Part shown: positions 39,966 through 54,280 of the stretch, piece after piece
Position numbering within the stretch: the first letter of the stretch is position 1
How the letters are laid out: each line of letters begins with the position of its first letter
NCBI RefSeq assembly: GCF_964355755.1
Contig: NC_092673.1
Span: 26,037,648 to 26,101,647 of the forward strand
From: Antedon mediterranea
Taxonomy: Eukaryota > Animalia > Echinodermata
Direction: 5' to 3'
Length of the DNA: 64,000 bases
Program-made: the position numbers and the translations under genes
The notes under the pieces: generated by a model
Database searches by the model: none
What the model was told of the DNA's origin: nothing
What the model saw: only the letters and a program-made list of their open reading frames with translations

Positions 39966-40510
39966 TGTAGGTAGACTTCAGTATGAGTTTTAAGCCAACT
40001 AGAGTGATTTTGGCATGTCAATAGTGTATGCACAGCGATAACCGATTCTGAGTGTTCCAACACCCATTATTGAGTTGTAGGTTGGACTTCAGTATGAGTT
40101 TTAAGCCAACTAGAGTGATTTTGGCATGTCAATAGTGTATGCACAGCGATAACCGATTCTGAGTGTTCCAACACCCATTATTGAGTTGTAGGTTGGACTT
40201 CAGTATGAGTTTTAAGCCAACTAGAGTGATTTTGGCATGTCAAAAGTAATGTACAGCGATAACCGATTATGAGTGTTCTAACACCCATTATTGAGTTGTA
40301 GGTAGACTTCAGTATGAGTTTTAAGCCAACTAAAGTAATTTTGGCAGGTCAAAAGTAATGCACAGCGATAACCGATTATGAGTGTTCCAACACCCATTAT
40401 TGAGTTGCAGGTTGGACTTCAGTATGAGTTTTAAGCCAACTAAAGTAATTTTGGCAGGTCAAAAGTAATGCACAGCAATATTAAACCGATTATGAGTGTT
40501 CTAACACCCA
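39966..40510. repeat. About 110-bp tandem repeat, 5 copies
   Basis: Unit TGTAGGT(A/T)GACTTCAGTATGAGTTTTAAGCCAACTAGAGTGATTTTGGCATGTCAA...AACCGATT(C/A)TGAGTGTTCCAACACCCATTATTGAGT. Confidence 0.95.
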
Positions 40511-42555
40511 ATCGGTATCGGGTATTTTAACCATCATTTTCAGAATGTCATTTAACTAAGTTATTGAAAAAGTGTCTTTTTTCTGCTGCCAAGAAATTGG
40601 AGGTAATTTATTCATACAGTTAATCTAAATCGTTTTTTTTTTTCACAACAGAAACAGGCCATACCATGAGTAGAAAATCTTTGTATGGTCACTTAAAAGC
40701 ATCGTACTTAAAACAATCTGGCCTTGTGTAGGTCCTTAATCATTTTTTGCTGTAAATATGTAAAGCATAACTGAGTTGTCAAGATCATTAGCCTAACCGT
40801 TAGTGTACACTTAAGATCTCAGTTGATAAAATGACAGAATAAGTCTACAAAGATGGTCTATACTTATTATAAACCAATTAGTATTTTCAACCACCGGTTT
40901 TTGTGCAGACAACAAACTTGATCCTCACTGTGCGCCTCATTGGCCTGCAGTGCTCCATAGTCGGTTTTTTACTCTTTTTTTTTGACGTTTTTATTCTTAT
41001 TGGCCGATAATATTTTTTAATGTTATATATTTATACTATTTTATTTTTATTTTTGTAAATTGTTTTCTCTTAATAGTAAGTATTATGTATATATTTGTAG
41101 CGCCCAGTTAGCATGGGTCACCTTTTTAATAAAAAGTTTAGTCAGACACCACTTGAGAAAATTGTGTATAGTAATGATACTATTTTTATTGAAAAATAAA
41201 TATAAAATCACTAGAAACAATTACAAATATTACTACTGCTTATTATTAGTATTATTCTAAACACAATTTCAAAACATTATCAAATATTAATGTAAAGGGA
41301 ATATTGCAAGAAAAATTAAGTTAATATTTTAGTAGATTCACAGTTGGTATGCAATATAAATCATTCTCCATCACAAAAACGTTGAAAACTACCCATTTTA
41401 TTCACACCTTAACGTCCTTCAGAATAGCCAATGGCAAACACACTATGCATTATACCACAACAACTTAACACAAACTCATCTCACAAGTAATCAATTCTAT
41501 AATATAATTAGTCATAAACCAGATAGAAACTAAATACACCTCACTATATTGTGGACAATACCTTATTGTTTACCAATTAACAACAATACCTGCATCCATA
41601 TGATATTGAATGTATGTATGTTTGATGGTTTAATCAAAGTGATTGATAAAAATTGACAATTTCATTACAATATTGCACATTTAAGCAGTTATTAGACAAT
41701 ATTTCCTTAGCATAACATCGTCAAACAAATTCAGGAGGAGGGGAGGTTTCCAAAAATGAAAACAGCAATGTTATTCACACGCACCTACACAACGTCATCT
41801 ACTAGCCTTCCTTCTGACCTGGTCGTTTGATGAAGAGGAACATTTGGTTCAAATGAAGGTTTAGTCTTATATGCAGAAATAATGATTGAAAAATCAATGC
41901 ACATAAACCACAATGATTACAGATAAAAAGATTACTTCTAAGACTTACAGATTGTTGCAAATTTGTGAACATTTATTAAATATATGAATTGTTAGGGTAT
42001 TTATAGGTCAAAGACAATTATTGATAATAATTTCAATTACCTGATAATGATATCAATTAATTTTTATATTTCACAAAATGATGATCACCCTATTTTAAAT
42101 TTAAAGTCAGAGATGATGTACAATACTTTTGAATACCCAATTGATACACAATAATAACATTTAAAATGGTGTTTAGTAATTTTTTGCATACATATTCCTA
42201 TATTCCTATAAACATTGAATCATCTGCTCAACTAGACAAATGTATTATTAAACAGCACATGTTTAAATGCCAAATCAATTAAATATAGCATTCACCTAGA
42301 TTTCCAACCATGAAACCTAGTTCAAGTGAATGTTGTAAACACATTAAACATGTACTATACATCTAGAGTAGTACTTCATTTATCAAAAGTCGATAATAAC
42401 ATATAAACCTAGGTTAATTACCATGTATGATTTACCTTGCAGAAATCTGAAGCATAAAGTAGTGCAGCTTTAGGGTAGGATGAAACAAAGTAGTTAATGA
42501 TTATCAGGAAAGAAAATACCAGAATTTGGAATCTTACCATGCTTATAGTATAGAA

Positions 42556-44388
42556 TGAGAATAGACAAAATGCTAAAACGGTAGCCAGGAATGAAAAGCC
42601 AGGAAGCTAAAACGGTAACCAGGGATGAGAATGGGCAAAAAGCCAGTAAGCTGAAATGGTAACCAGGAATGAGAATGGGCAAAAGCCAGGAAGCTAAAAC
42701 GGTAACCAGGAATGAGAATGGGCAAAAGCCAGTGAGCTAAAATGGTAACCAGGAATGAGAATGGGTAAAAGCCAGGAAGCTAAAACGGTAACCAGGAATG
42801 AGAACGGGCAAAAGCCAGTAAGCTGAAATGGTAACCAGGAATGAGAATGGGCAAAAGCCAGTGAGCTAAAATGGTAATCAGGAATGAGAATAGGCAAAAG
42901 CCAGTGAGCTAAAACGGTAACCAGGAATGAGAATGGGCAAAAGCTAGGAAGCTAAAACGGTAACCAGGAATGAGAATGGGCAAAAGCCAGTAAGCTAAAA
43001 CGGTAACCAGGAATGAGAATGGGCAAAAGCCAGTAAGCTAAAATGGTAACCAGGAATGAGAATAGGCAAAAGCCAGGAAGTTAAAACGGAAGCCAGGAAG
43101 CTAAAACGGAAGCCAGGAAGCTAAAACGGTAACCAGGAATGAGAAAAGCCAGGAAGCTAAAACGGTAACCAGGGATGAGAATGGGCAAAAGCCAGGAAGT
43201 TAAAATGGTAACCAGGAATGAGAATGGGCAAAAGCCAGAAAGCTAAAACGGTAACTAGGAACGAGAATGGGCAAAAGCCAGGAAGCTAAAACGGTAACCA
43301 GGGATGAGAATGGGCAAAAGCCAGGAAGCTAAAACGGTAACCAGGAATGAGAATGGGCAAAAGCCAGGAAGCTAAAACGGTAACTAGGAATGAGAATGGG
43401 CAAAAGCCAGAAAGCTAAAATGGTAACCAGGAATGAGAATGGGCAAAAGCCAGGAAGCTAAAATGGTAACCAAGAATGAGAATAGGCAAAAGCCAGGAAG
43501 CTCAAACGGTAACCAGGAATGAGAATAGACAAGCGCCAGGAAGCTGAAATGGTAACTAGGAATGAGAATCGGCAAAAGCCAGAAAGCTAAAATGGTAACC
43601 AGGAATGAGAATGGGCAAAAGCCAGGAAGCTAAAATGGTAACCAAGAATGAGAATGGGCAAAAGCTAGGAAGCTAAAATGGTAACCAAGAATGAGAATGG
43701 GCAAAAGCCAGGAAGCTCAAAACGGTAACCAGGAATGAGAATGGGCAAAAGCCAGGAAGCTAAAATGGTAACCAGGAATGAGAATGGGCAAAAGCCAGGA
43801 AGCTGAAATGGTAACCAAGAATGAGAATGGGCAAAAGCCAGGAAGCTAAAATGGTAACCAGGAATGAGAATGGGAAAAAGCCAGGAAGCTAAAATGGTAA
43901 CCAGGAATGAGAATGGGCAAAAGCCAGAAAGCTGAAATGGTAACCAAGAATGAGAATGGGCAAAAGCCAGGAAGCTAAAATGGTAACTAGGAATGAGAAT
44001 GGGCAAAAGCCAGGAAGCTAAAATGGTAGCCAGGAATGGGAATGGGCAAAAGCCAGGAAGCTAAAATGGTAACTAGGAATGAGAATGAGCAAAAGCCAGG
44101 AAGCTAAAATGGTAACCAGGAATGAGAATGGGCAAAAGCCAGGAAGCTAAAACGGTAACCAGGAATGAGAATGGGAAAAAGCCAGGAAGCTGAAATGGTA
44201 ACCAAGAATGAAAATAGACAAAAGCCAGGAAGCTAATGGTAACCAGGAATGAGAATGGGCAAACTCCAGGAAGCTAAAACGGTAACCAGGAATGAGAATA
44301 GGCAAAAGCCAGGAAGCTAAAACGGTAACCAGGAATGAGAATGGGCAAAAGCCAGGAAGCTGAAATGGTATTACCAGGAATGAGAATG
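42556..44388. repeat. 43-bp satellite, about 43 copies
   Basis: Unit AAGCTAAAA(C/T)GGTAACCAGGAATGAGAATGGGCAAAAGCCAGG. Confidence 0.97.
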
Positions 44389-46227
44389 CATTCATTCTTT
44401 ATTTAGCCTTCAAAATTGGAATACATTTAAACATTAGGTAACAAAAACAAGACAGGCGGAAATCTAAGGAGAATAGGAAAAAGCCAGAAGGCAAAGCAAA
44501 ACCAGGAGTGGGAATAGGCAAACGTCCAAAAAGTAAACCAAGAATGGCAAAGGCTCTAACACAAACCAGAAGCCAGAATAAAGACCAATAAACATTAAAC
44601 AGAACGACGTAAATACACTAGCTCTTTGTATAATCTAGTAGAAACTGAACATTAAACCACTAATGGAACTGTCTACTATCAGTAAGTTCATAATAAAAAA
44701 ACACTTTATTTTCTGCCACCAAATTAGTAATTTCCATTAAGCATGATTGTGCTAGAACATGTGCATTGTTCCCAATGCTTCAGAAAGTAATAAGCTTTTA
44801 CTGAACAGGAATGAAGAAAGCAATTTCTAAGGACATATTTTTTGATGAGGTTTATCCTGAAAAAATTAATTTAATGTAATTTTATATTAAGTATTTGAAT
44901 ATTTATAATTGGAATAAAATGTTGGTTTAGAATGCATAGACAAAATATAAAAATGTTTAAAATGCAGAAGTAAATCAAATTTACCATCAATAATAATAAT
45001 ATAATAATATTGGGGAAAAATTTAATTGAAAAAAATTAAATCTGCTTTATAACCTATGAAAAGCTTAGCATATAGAAAACCATGTAGACTATGAATTAAT
45101 AATCTATTACAATAATTACACTATTCATGGTCTAATCCAATTTGGCCATCATCACAATTAATGTTTTAGAAAAGAAACTTCATTTCTGAAAGTAAGGATT
45201 TTAATTCACTTTGTTGCCAGGCAAACAAATCCACTAAAATGATTTGCACGGTAAAAAAATGATTTCTAAAACCTAATTAAATTCAGTATAACTTAATGCT
45301 GGATATAATGGAAATTAGAAGAAAAAATATATAATAATGGATAATAATCTTGGAAAGTTGGATATTAAACAGCGAGATGGAAAGAAGCAAGCAGAAATGG
45401 CTTTTAAACAATGTATGTTGGAAGTACAAGTAGTAAAAAAGAGTGAGATGAGATTCTTAAGGAGGAAGTACAGCCTTAGATCCTTTTTATGAGACACCTC
45501 AATATTTTGAGAAGACACTAAGAAAGCATCTCTATTTCCAAAAAAATATTACTAAAATGTTTTTAGTAATTAGCAAAAATAATACTTCTTATTCGATTAC
45601 AATTCAGATTTTATTGAATCAATTTACATCGATCTAGAAGACTATTTACAGACTGTAAGAGAATCTTGTCATACAATATAGGTGATTCTGCTTTTGGCCA
45701 AAGGCTGGCGGACGTTGGCATTCTCTGTTCATTAATCATCATTTTAATTGACATACAGAAGGTATCATCCATCTAATGTGCCATAATAAAATAATCTACA
45801 CATAGCTTGGAATACTGATTTGATGAAACTATAAGGAGAACTGGTTAAACATATAACAACACACTTCATGGGTCAAACATATGGGTCATTTTAAATTGTT
45901 AAGTTAGCTTCGAGTTGACATTCAAAAGAAGTTAATTGGTTTAAACAATACAAACATATGTTTATATTGAATATACAATAATTAAAAAGTATTAAAACAT
46001 CATACTGAGGATGACTAACCATAGAATTAGGCAGATTGGCATAATTTAGATTAAAAGATTGATTGAGATTGAAAGATTGATTGAGATTGAAAGAAAGATT
46101 GGAATTGAAAAAAAGCTTGAAAACGAGAAGGAAAAGATTGTGAACCTAAAATTAGGCAAGTCATTAAGTCAGGCAATCAGGTGGATTGAAATGAAAAAAA
46201 AAATATTCAAAAATAAAAAGGTATCAA

Positions 46228-46728
46228 CCTAATATCAGGTGAATTTGTATATGATTAAGTATCACAGATTAAAAATGGGAAGGAAAAGATGGTCCACCTA
46301 GTATCAGGTGAATTTGTATATGATTAAGTATCACAGATTAAAAATGGGAAGGAAAAGATGGTCCACCTAGTATCAGGTGAATTTGTATATGATTAAGTAT
46401 CACAGATTAAAAATGGGAAGGAAAAGATGGTCCACCTAGTATCAGGTGAATTTGTATATGATTAAGTATCACAGATTAAAAATGGGAGGGAAAAGATGGT
46501 CCACCTAGTATCAGGTGAATTTGTATATGATTAAGTATCACAGATTAAAAATGGGAAGGAAAAGATGGTCCACCTAGTATCAGGTGAATTTGTATATGAT
46601 TAAGTATCACAGATTAAAAATGGGAAGGAAAAGATGGTCCACCTAGAATCAGGTGAATTTGTATATGATTAAGTATCACAGATTAAAAATGGGAAGGAAA
46701 AGATGGTCCACCTAGAATCAGGTGAATT
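46228..46728. repeat. 69-bp tandem repeat, about 7 copies
   Basis: Unit CCTAGTATCAGGTGAATTTGTATATGATTAAGTATCACAGATTAAAAATGGGAAGGAAAAGATGGTCCA. Confidence 0.97.
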
Positions 46729-46770
46729 GAGCAGCATACTGACATTCTGTGAGTGTCGTCATCATGGAAT

Positions 46771-46931
46771 ATGATGAAGGGCTAGTGTTGCTCGAAAGCT
46801 CTGCTAACTTTTCTGGGCGTTGACTTTATCGTTTTGATTTAGCTTTTCGCTTTTTTTTTGTATCTCCATTGAGATCCAGCCACTGATACCCACAGCATTG
46901 TCATTTTTTTCAGTAATTTGCCTTTGGATTG

Positions 46932-46992
<61 letters not shown>
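46771..46992 (+). mobile_element. Penelope-like element fragment ending in a long (TA)n
   Basis: ATGATGAAGGGCTAGTGTTGCTCGAAAGCTCTG...TTTGCCTTTGGATT followed by about 60 bp of (TA)n. Confidence 0.65.
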
Positions 46993-46997
<5 letters not shown>

Positions 46998-47652
46998 GAT
47001 GCCCTAAATGTAGGCAAACCACTCCTGCAGAAAGGTTGAAACCTTGCCACTGGTGTGTTAACATGAAACCGTGTCATTGTGGAGATTTTAATCATACTGT
47101 ACGTTTCTCCAAAACTAATGTAAAGTTTACACAACATAAGTGATGGTTAAATCGTATCGCATGTAGCACCTTATCTATGCCAACAAATTATAAATGTTAT
47201 CTATGTTGGTAATCCATAGATGTCCTAATACTTATATACCACTGAGAATAAATAAATTAAGGCACTGTGCACAAACATGTATGCATTGGAGCCTGGTGGT
47301 TCAAAGTAATGTAATTACAAAAAAAGCATATGGTTAAATAATTGTAATTAAATTGAAAAGTACAATCAAATTAAAAACCATATGTTCGATTATAACAAAT
47401 GTGATTCTCTTATATAGCTTTTATTGTGTAAATAGCAAATGTGAGACTTGTAATATTATCGACTGTGTTAAAGATATCAATTAACAGTTGTGTATACTGG
47501 CTTGAAAAGTAAACATTTAACACAGAAGTTGAAATTAGAATTTGAACAGATGCTAAATTGTCACCTGCTATTATGATAAAGTAGTTCATCGTTGTTAACT
47601 GTTAATAAATATGTATACTAAAACTTTGTATCTGAATACACAATTAGAAAGA

Positions 47653-48171
47653 ATTGAAACAAGATTAAAACGAGGAAGAGTGGAACAGAGAAGAGTGGAA
47701 CAAAAAATAATATAACCAGGGTACAGTATGTGGACAATAGTGGAGAGTGAAAGATGGGCGACTGGTTATAGATTTTTTAGGGTTGATGTTGGTGAAAATT
47801 TGCATTTTATAGGTTTATATGTTTTGTATTAATTGTATTACTTATTATATTATAATATACAAAATTCACGCTACTCACATCGAAACTTCAATCATTAGGA
47901 CAACAATATCCTCGTCATAATGTGGAGATTGAAACAAGGGAGATTAAAACGAGGAAGAGTGGAACAGAGAAGAGTGGAACAAAAAAGAATATAACCAGGG
48001 TACAGTAGGTGGACAACAGTGGAGAGTGAAAGATGGGCGACAGGTAATAAATTTTTTTTGGGTTGATGTTGGTGAAAATTTGCATTTTGATTTAATATGT
48101 TTATACATTTTTGTATTTATTTATAATATTATAATACTCAAATTTCACGCTACTCACATAGAAACTTCAAC
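47653..48171. repeat. Tandem duplication, about 280-bp unit, 2 copies
   Basis: AGATTAAAACGAGGAAGAGTGGAACAGAGAAGAGTGGAACAAAAA...CACGCTACTCACAT.GAAACTTCAA at ~47662 and ~47941. Confidence 0.9.
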
Positions 48172-49391
48172 TCAGTAAAACTAGTTTTTTTAATAATTTC
48201 ATGTGAATAGTAAACTCATCAATGGTTATTTAGACTTTACATCTAGATTCTCTCACCAGACACATGGACTTGAATGAATCTCAAGTTGATTACGTACATA
48301 GACGTACGTGTATGTACTGATTCCTATCACCATGTATAATAGAATTTTAAGGTACATACTCAACACAATAAATAGTTAACTGGCAGATCAAGTTCGCCAA
48401 TTTAAGATGTGAAGAAATTTAAGAATCTTAGACTTGGGATCAATTTAATTACTCATTTAAGTTTCAAGAAATATGATATTAATTAATTTCGAACCACTCA
48501 ACTGCTTTTAAAAAGAAAATATTATTTTATGATTATACTTGTTAACATTGATATCAATCCTAATATGTCCCATCTCTTAATATAACCATTCGAAAATAAT
48601 AGATTTGTGGTTGAAATTGCAATTTAGGATATTGTTAACAGCCATGTTAGTGGATAGAGAATGTGCATTTTGAAAATAAGTGGACCAATATTAAGAAATC
48701 TTTTCATATGGTACCATTCACGAAAATCTTAATCATTAACAAAAGCTGTTTACATGTTACAAAAACAATGATGCTTTTGCCTTGATGTTTAATACACTCT
48801 CATAAATTCATTAAATATGTAATACCTTCAAAGTCATATACACCAACAGCCCTTTAAAAGGTTGTTTGAAGCCTTTAGCAAACACTCAAATTGCAAACAA
48901 ATTATCTCTCAAAATTGTTGGAAATGTCACAAATCATGGCGTTTAAATGAAGACAGACATTGTAAATGTCACCTATACAATGGAAGTAAATGTCACCTAT
49001 ACAATAAATAAACTTAGTACTTGCTTGAAACACTGTAAAATGTTCAAATATTTGTTTAAAAAGCTCTTATGCAACACACAATTTGGTGTTAATGAAGCTA
49101 TAAAAAAACACAGGTTGTATACTCGCTGATAATTGTTACTTACAACTAAAAATAGAAAACATTTTTAAAGTATGTATGCATTGAATGGTTCATTAAAATA
49201 TTGCTTAAGAAGTTAAAAAGATTTTTTTACACCTGCACCACGATTTGTATAAATAATAAGTATATATGTTGATATAAAGTTTGCGGTACACCATGTGTAT
49301 ATTTTAAAACAAAGTCTTGAGTTATCTCTCTGTCACTCTCTGCATTTTGCCAAGTAATTCTCTCAGTTCTGCATGCTTAAATTAATACCGG

Positions 49392-49697
49392 TATTAAATA
49401 CATTTTTAAAAACATCATATTTTCATGGCATATTCTGCTACATATTAATTGATAATGAAGTTTTAATGTGGTCATATGGTTTTTACAAACCCCATTAAAA
49501 ACCATGTCTGTCAAATCTAAGTAGTTTATTCAGACATTATTTAACCAGTTTTTTTTCTTATTAAATACATTTTTAAAAACATCATTTTTTCATGGCATTC
49601 TGCTACATATTAATTGATAATGAAAGTTCAATGTGGTCATATTGACCATTAAAAATGATGTCTGTCAATTCTAAGTAATTTATTCAGACACTATTTT
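49392..49697. repeat. Tandem duplication, about 167-bp unit, 2 copies
   Basis: TATTAAATACATTTTTAAAAACATCAT...CTGCTACATATTAATTGATAATGAA...TTTATTCAGACA at 49392 and 49559. Confidence 0.85.
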
Positions 49698-51374
49698 TAA
49701 CATTTCTTTTCTTTCAGAAGCAGGTTCATTGTTACCGATTATTTTACGGAACTAAGTAATTGATGGAAAAAGAAATGGAGACAAACAACCTTCAGTAAAT
49801 TCATATAATAAGGTTTCGTAAATGAGTATCATAACAGGTCCGAGACGTTTAGACGAGAGATAAATCACCGTTTAGATTACTAAAATTGTAATATTCTTTA
49901 TATTGTAGGTTGAAGACAAATGAATGCGTGGGACAAATCAGTCATTTTGCAGACATTAGGACAAATGCATGTTTACTCTGGCCATGAATAGTTGGATCAG
50001 TCAGACTATTAGAGCTATAACTATATTAATTATAAAATGAATATATTAAATATATGCAATGGTGCGTGTTATGGATAATGTAATTTGTAACTAAATTGAC
50101 CGATAAGAATATTGTGTTGATGCGATAATTATACATTGGTAATGGTCTATAACAAATAGGTTGCGTTATAGTTATCGTTAAAATCTTTGTATACAGCTTT
50201 GGTATAATCAGATAATCAACAAAAGTAATGTCTCAATAAAGCCATTGCAAGAATGTTACAATGAAATGTTTAGGAAAATTGTAATGTCAGATTACTAAAC
50301 ATTGACAATAGTTTATTGGGTTTTTTGTGTATTATTTAAGTGAATAAATAAGAAAAAAAATCATATAGAGTATGCAAAACCACAATGCAGTATACCAATG
50401 TCAATTGTCATTAATTTAGTATAAACAAATTTTTATTTTTTAAGAACAGAATCATTCAGTGCTTTTTAAAATAATAACTTTTAATACTTTCTATTTCAAA
50501 TGATAGTTAAAGGCATCACTTGCCATTTCCACGCATATGATAATTTTGACTTACAATATAACCTTGTACAGTCATTAAAAAAACACCTTTGGGTAAGTAA
50601 GGTGTCTGTGTGTGAAAAGAAATAATTATATAAATATTCACCAATAAATCACATCTTGTTATTAATAGCACTAAGCGTTGTGTCTTAAAATTCAAGTATT
50701 AAAACTGAAAGTTTAAATACTCAAATTAATATTTTTCAAAACAACAAAATACAAGTCTACTTTATTGTAACAATTTTAAAATTTTGAGATATGTTTTGTA
50801 CCATAGTAGATCATTAAACAATATGTATATCTACAATTATTTAATTTTCTATATTCTATTATTTTACAAATAATAACATTTATTCAATTAATAAGTTCTA
50901 GATAAAAACTCTACTGATTGGTTTCCTGTTTGAACAATATTCAGACCTATTATTGCATTTGTGTGTTTTATATTGCTCAATTCCCATAAATAAAAAAATA
51001 ACAAATTCTATGAATATATCTGATCAAAATAACACATATTGATAAAACGTAGTGGGCGACTGTTATTATTGATGAGGTATTATATGGGTAGGTTAAAACA
51101 GGAAGGAAAAAGTAAAATCAATGTAATAATCGTTTAGCTTTTTTGGTTTCCCTGCAAAGAAAACTTTGGAGAGAAAACAAATATGTTCCACCATGAACGA
51201 TTTTATCCTGAGGGAGTGTACAACCAGCTGGCACTCTGACGTCATTAGATTTTTATAATTGATGTATACCATTGTAGGCATTGACAAAAACACATTGATG
51301 TGCATCAGAAACTATGTTTTGTGACTCGACATTTTAAGCTATTGAATTTTGGACTGGGTATATTTTCATAATCA

Positions 51375-51643
51375 ACTAGAAAGCCACTCCGAGAGTGCAT
51401 ACCTCTTCCTACTGTACAATTCTCCTACATAAGATTTCTTAAGTATGTATATATATATATATATTGTAATTATGTGTGTCTTAGTGCTGTGTGTGATTTA
51501 GACTAATTTCACTACAAGCATATGTATGCAAGTTTGGTGTAAAGGTTTATGCAACCAGCCTTTCAAATAACAATAGATATATATTAAATAACAAACAAAC
51601 AGACACACGCCATCGAATACATATACCTCCTTGGCGGAGGTAA
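51375..51643. mobile_element. Non-autonomous Helentron/HINE-like element
   Basis: Starts ACTAGAAAGCCACTCCGAGAGTGCATACCTC, has an ACAA/ACAG microsatellite near the other end, and ends with the hairpin TACCTCCTTGGCGGAGGTA. Class inferred from architecture only. Confidence 0.55.
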
Positions 51644-53983
51644 ATTATTAACAGTTGCATTGTTGTTAATATACAGCAAAATATCTAGAAAATAGAATAA
51701 CATGTGTGTCAGAATTCAAGAGATTGCAATTTTTACAAAAAGTTGCTTTAAAAGCAGGAAAAAAATCAGAATTACCAATCAGCCACAAAACATTATTCTG
51801 CAAGTAAACGAGTATTGGTTGTAAGTTAATCATATCAAGTGGTATCTTCATACATTACAACTGATGGATGCAAATGCATAATAACCTTTAAAATATTATT
51901 ATTTCATAATTATTCCACAAACTTCGCTTTATAATGGAGAATCAACTGCAGTGGATACTGCAACCATTTATCACAAATGCTCTTTTAACCTAGTTTATCA
52001 AGTATTCGCCGTTTCCAGCACAGGTGTACGTGTCCAGCGACACAAAATGAGTAATTACAAATCATTAGGAAATGTATTTCAATATCCATTATTCAATTGG
52101 TACTTATTACAAATTATAAATAATGAAGGTATAAGTTTTAAATTGTCCATAATGCATATTTAATTAATGCAAAATCATTATTGATTTTTTAGTTGAGTTG
52201 ATAGCTTTTTTTAAAGAGGTCGATCAATATATGAAAATTACACAAATCCTGTAGCATACTCTTGAACTATAACCAGCTTTTAAACAGAGAAGTGAACAAT
52301 TATTGTTCCCTGGCTTTAAGTCAATTAACAATTTCAATGTACAGCATCTCTTTTTTTGTCGCCTATGGTCTGAACTGATGTTCCAATACTTGATGGGTCA
52401 AATTCCACTCAAATGGTGATGCAGTGCTAGCATTTACGTGTCGATATCTATCTCCCTGGTGTAAGCATGTTGAGATATTCAAATGTGAGAATGTCTGAAA
52501 TGTACCCCCTACTTATGTAGATATAAGATAAACGTAGCTTGTTTACCGATACATTGAAATGCAAAGACATCGATAAGAAAATGTATGCTTACCGTGGGCC
52601 CTATCATCTTTTAGAAGAGCCTATAAACTTTATATTTTCATATTTGAAATGTTCCCGAGATCCTATAGTATATATGAAAGATAATTTGCCAAATACAGTG
52701 TATGGTTCTTATAGGAAATGTTGCAGCTATAACTATAACTATGATCTATAATAAAAGTTTCTTCAAGATTCGACATTATTGTAAAAAGCACATCCTACTG
52801 AACTTTAAAAAAACAGTTGTATGAAGATCTGATAAACAACATATTTCTACTTTTTTTTAAACTTTTTTTTTTATTGAAGTACAATTACACTTTTTTATTC
52901 TATATGACTAAATAAGCCTTATTAACATGAAAACTTACTGTACAACACATTATTGAATTTAAACAAGTTACAATTTTATAAATATTTCAGTTTTACCTTC
53001 AAAGTTTTTTTTTCGTCAGAAATATGATCAGAAAACCTTCAATAAAGTATTGTTCATTGTATCTTGGATTACAGATGATATTGTTGAAATTTGATATTGC
53101 TATTTTGTAATATTTTAACGAGAGTGTTTCCGGGAAATGCTATAAAGTGGTCCTAGTGATAAAAGCAAATATTGTTTAAGTATCAAATGAATTATTAGTT
53201 CAATATTTACAATTTTTCTTTATGATTCCTGGTTATTGCCATTGTCTCTTAAAGGGACAACATTAATATACAGGTAGTAACAATATTAGGAAATAAAGTT
53301 TGCTGAATATACCATCAAGCATTATACTAATGAGTAGTTACAGTACATAACAGAATATCTCTTTATTTATTTATTTTTTATTTTTTTAAATTTTATTACT
53401 ATGTTTACTGAAGATATAGCCTATTCAGTTCCAAATAGAACTGATCATTCAGGGCCCTCGATAAAACATACATACTATATAAAATTATACATGATTATAT
53501 AAAATTCATATAGAAGTTAAAATCGTTGACAGATAAAATATATATACATAGTACAAACAATATTAACTGGAAATAAGTTCATGTTTAAAGATAATGGCAT
53601 GAATAGGTTCCAAACCTTGTCTTAACAAACGGTGTGGCGAAAGGCAGATATACCCTACTAAAACAAAGATAAAGAATATAATTGCCATGAATATATTTGT
53701 TGTTAATGTTTTGTAATTGCCAACATATTTAGGATAATTATTGCAGTGAATTTTGGCAGACCTAGTGATCCAGGGTAAATTTTAATAGTAAAGTTCAATC
53801 ACTGCATGATTCACAGAGTCGAGAGAAATGAATTTACTTATCAGTCAGCCCGACACCAATTAATTGTGTACCATACTTTTACATGTGTCATCTGTACTTC
53901 ATCGCTATCTACCTGTCGTCGTTATAGCGACTAAGCAATCAAAGACTAAGCAAGGAAGACTCACGGTGGGTGATTTTTAATGA

Positions 53984-54280
53984 ATGGCACCAGCTATCTT
54001 GATAATCTAACTGATCGTGAGATTGTGGTTCGAATCCAACTCTGCTGCATTGCTTGTAGTCTTAGGCAAGATACTTTACGTACGTTTGCCTCTCTCCACC
54101 CAGGTATATAAATGGGTACCTGGTTAGATCAAGACACAACCTTGCGCTGATTAATAGCTGCATTATAAGAGTATGTTTCCATACGTGTTTGATGCAAAAA
54201 AATGACCGGGTAATAATGTTCAGCGCTTGGAGGTTTCACAACACTAGGCGCTATATAAATCCAGGATATTATTATTATTA
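53984..54280 (+). mobile_element. tRNA-derived CORE-type SINE with an L2-like 3' tail
   Basis: B box GGTTCGAATCC (54027-54037), core GTCTTAGGCAAGATACTTTAC...TGCCTCTCTCCACCCAGGTATATAAATGGGTACC, tail AGCGCT...GGCGCTATATAAAT...(TAT)n. Confidence 0.8.

Noticed and set aside
42494-44395. Several hydrophobic ORFs (MPILIPGYHFS...)
   Set aside because: Translations of the 43-bp satellite that cycle through frames, with non-ATG starts.
46804-47137. ORFs with YI repeats
   Set aside because: Translation of the (TA)n microsatellite.
52593-52620. 28-nt segment with ttatag| acceptor and G|gtaagc donor
   Set aside because: No in-frame ATG, and it would need an unidentified phase-0 upstream exon. Insufficient support.
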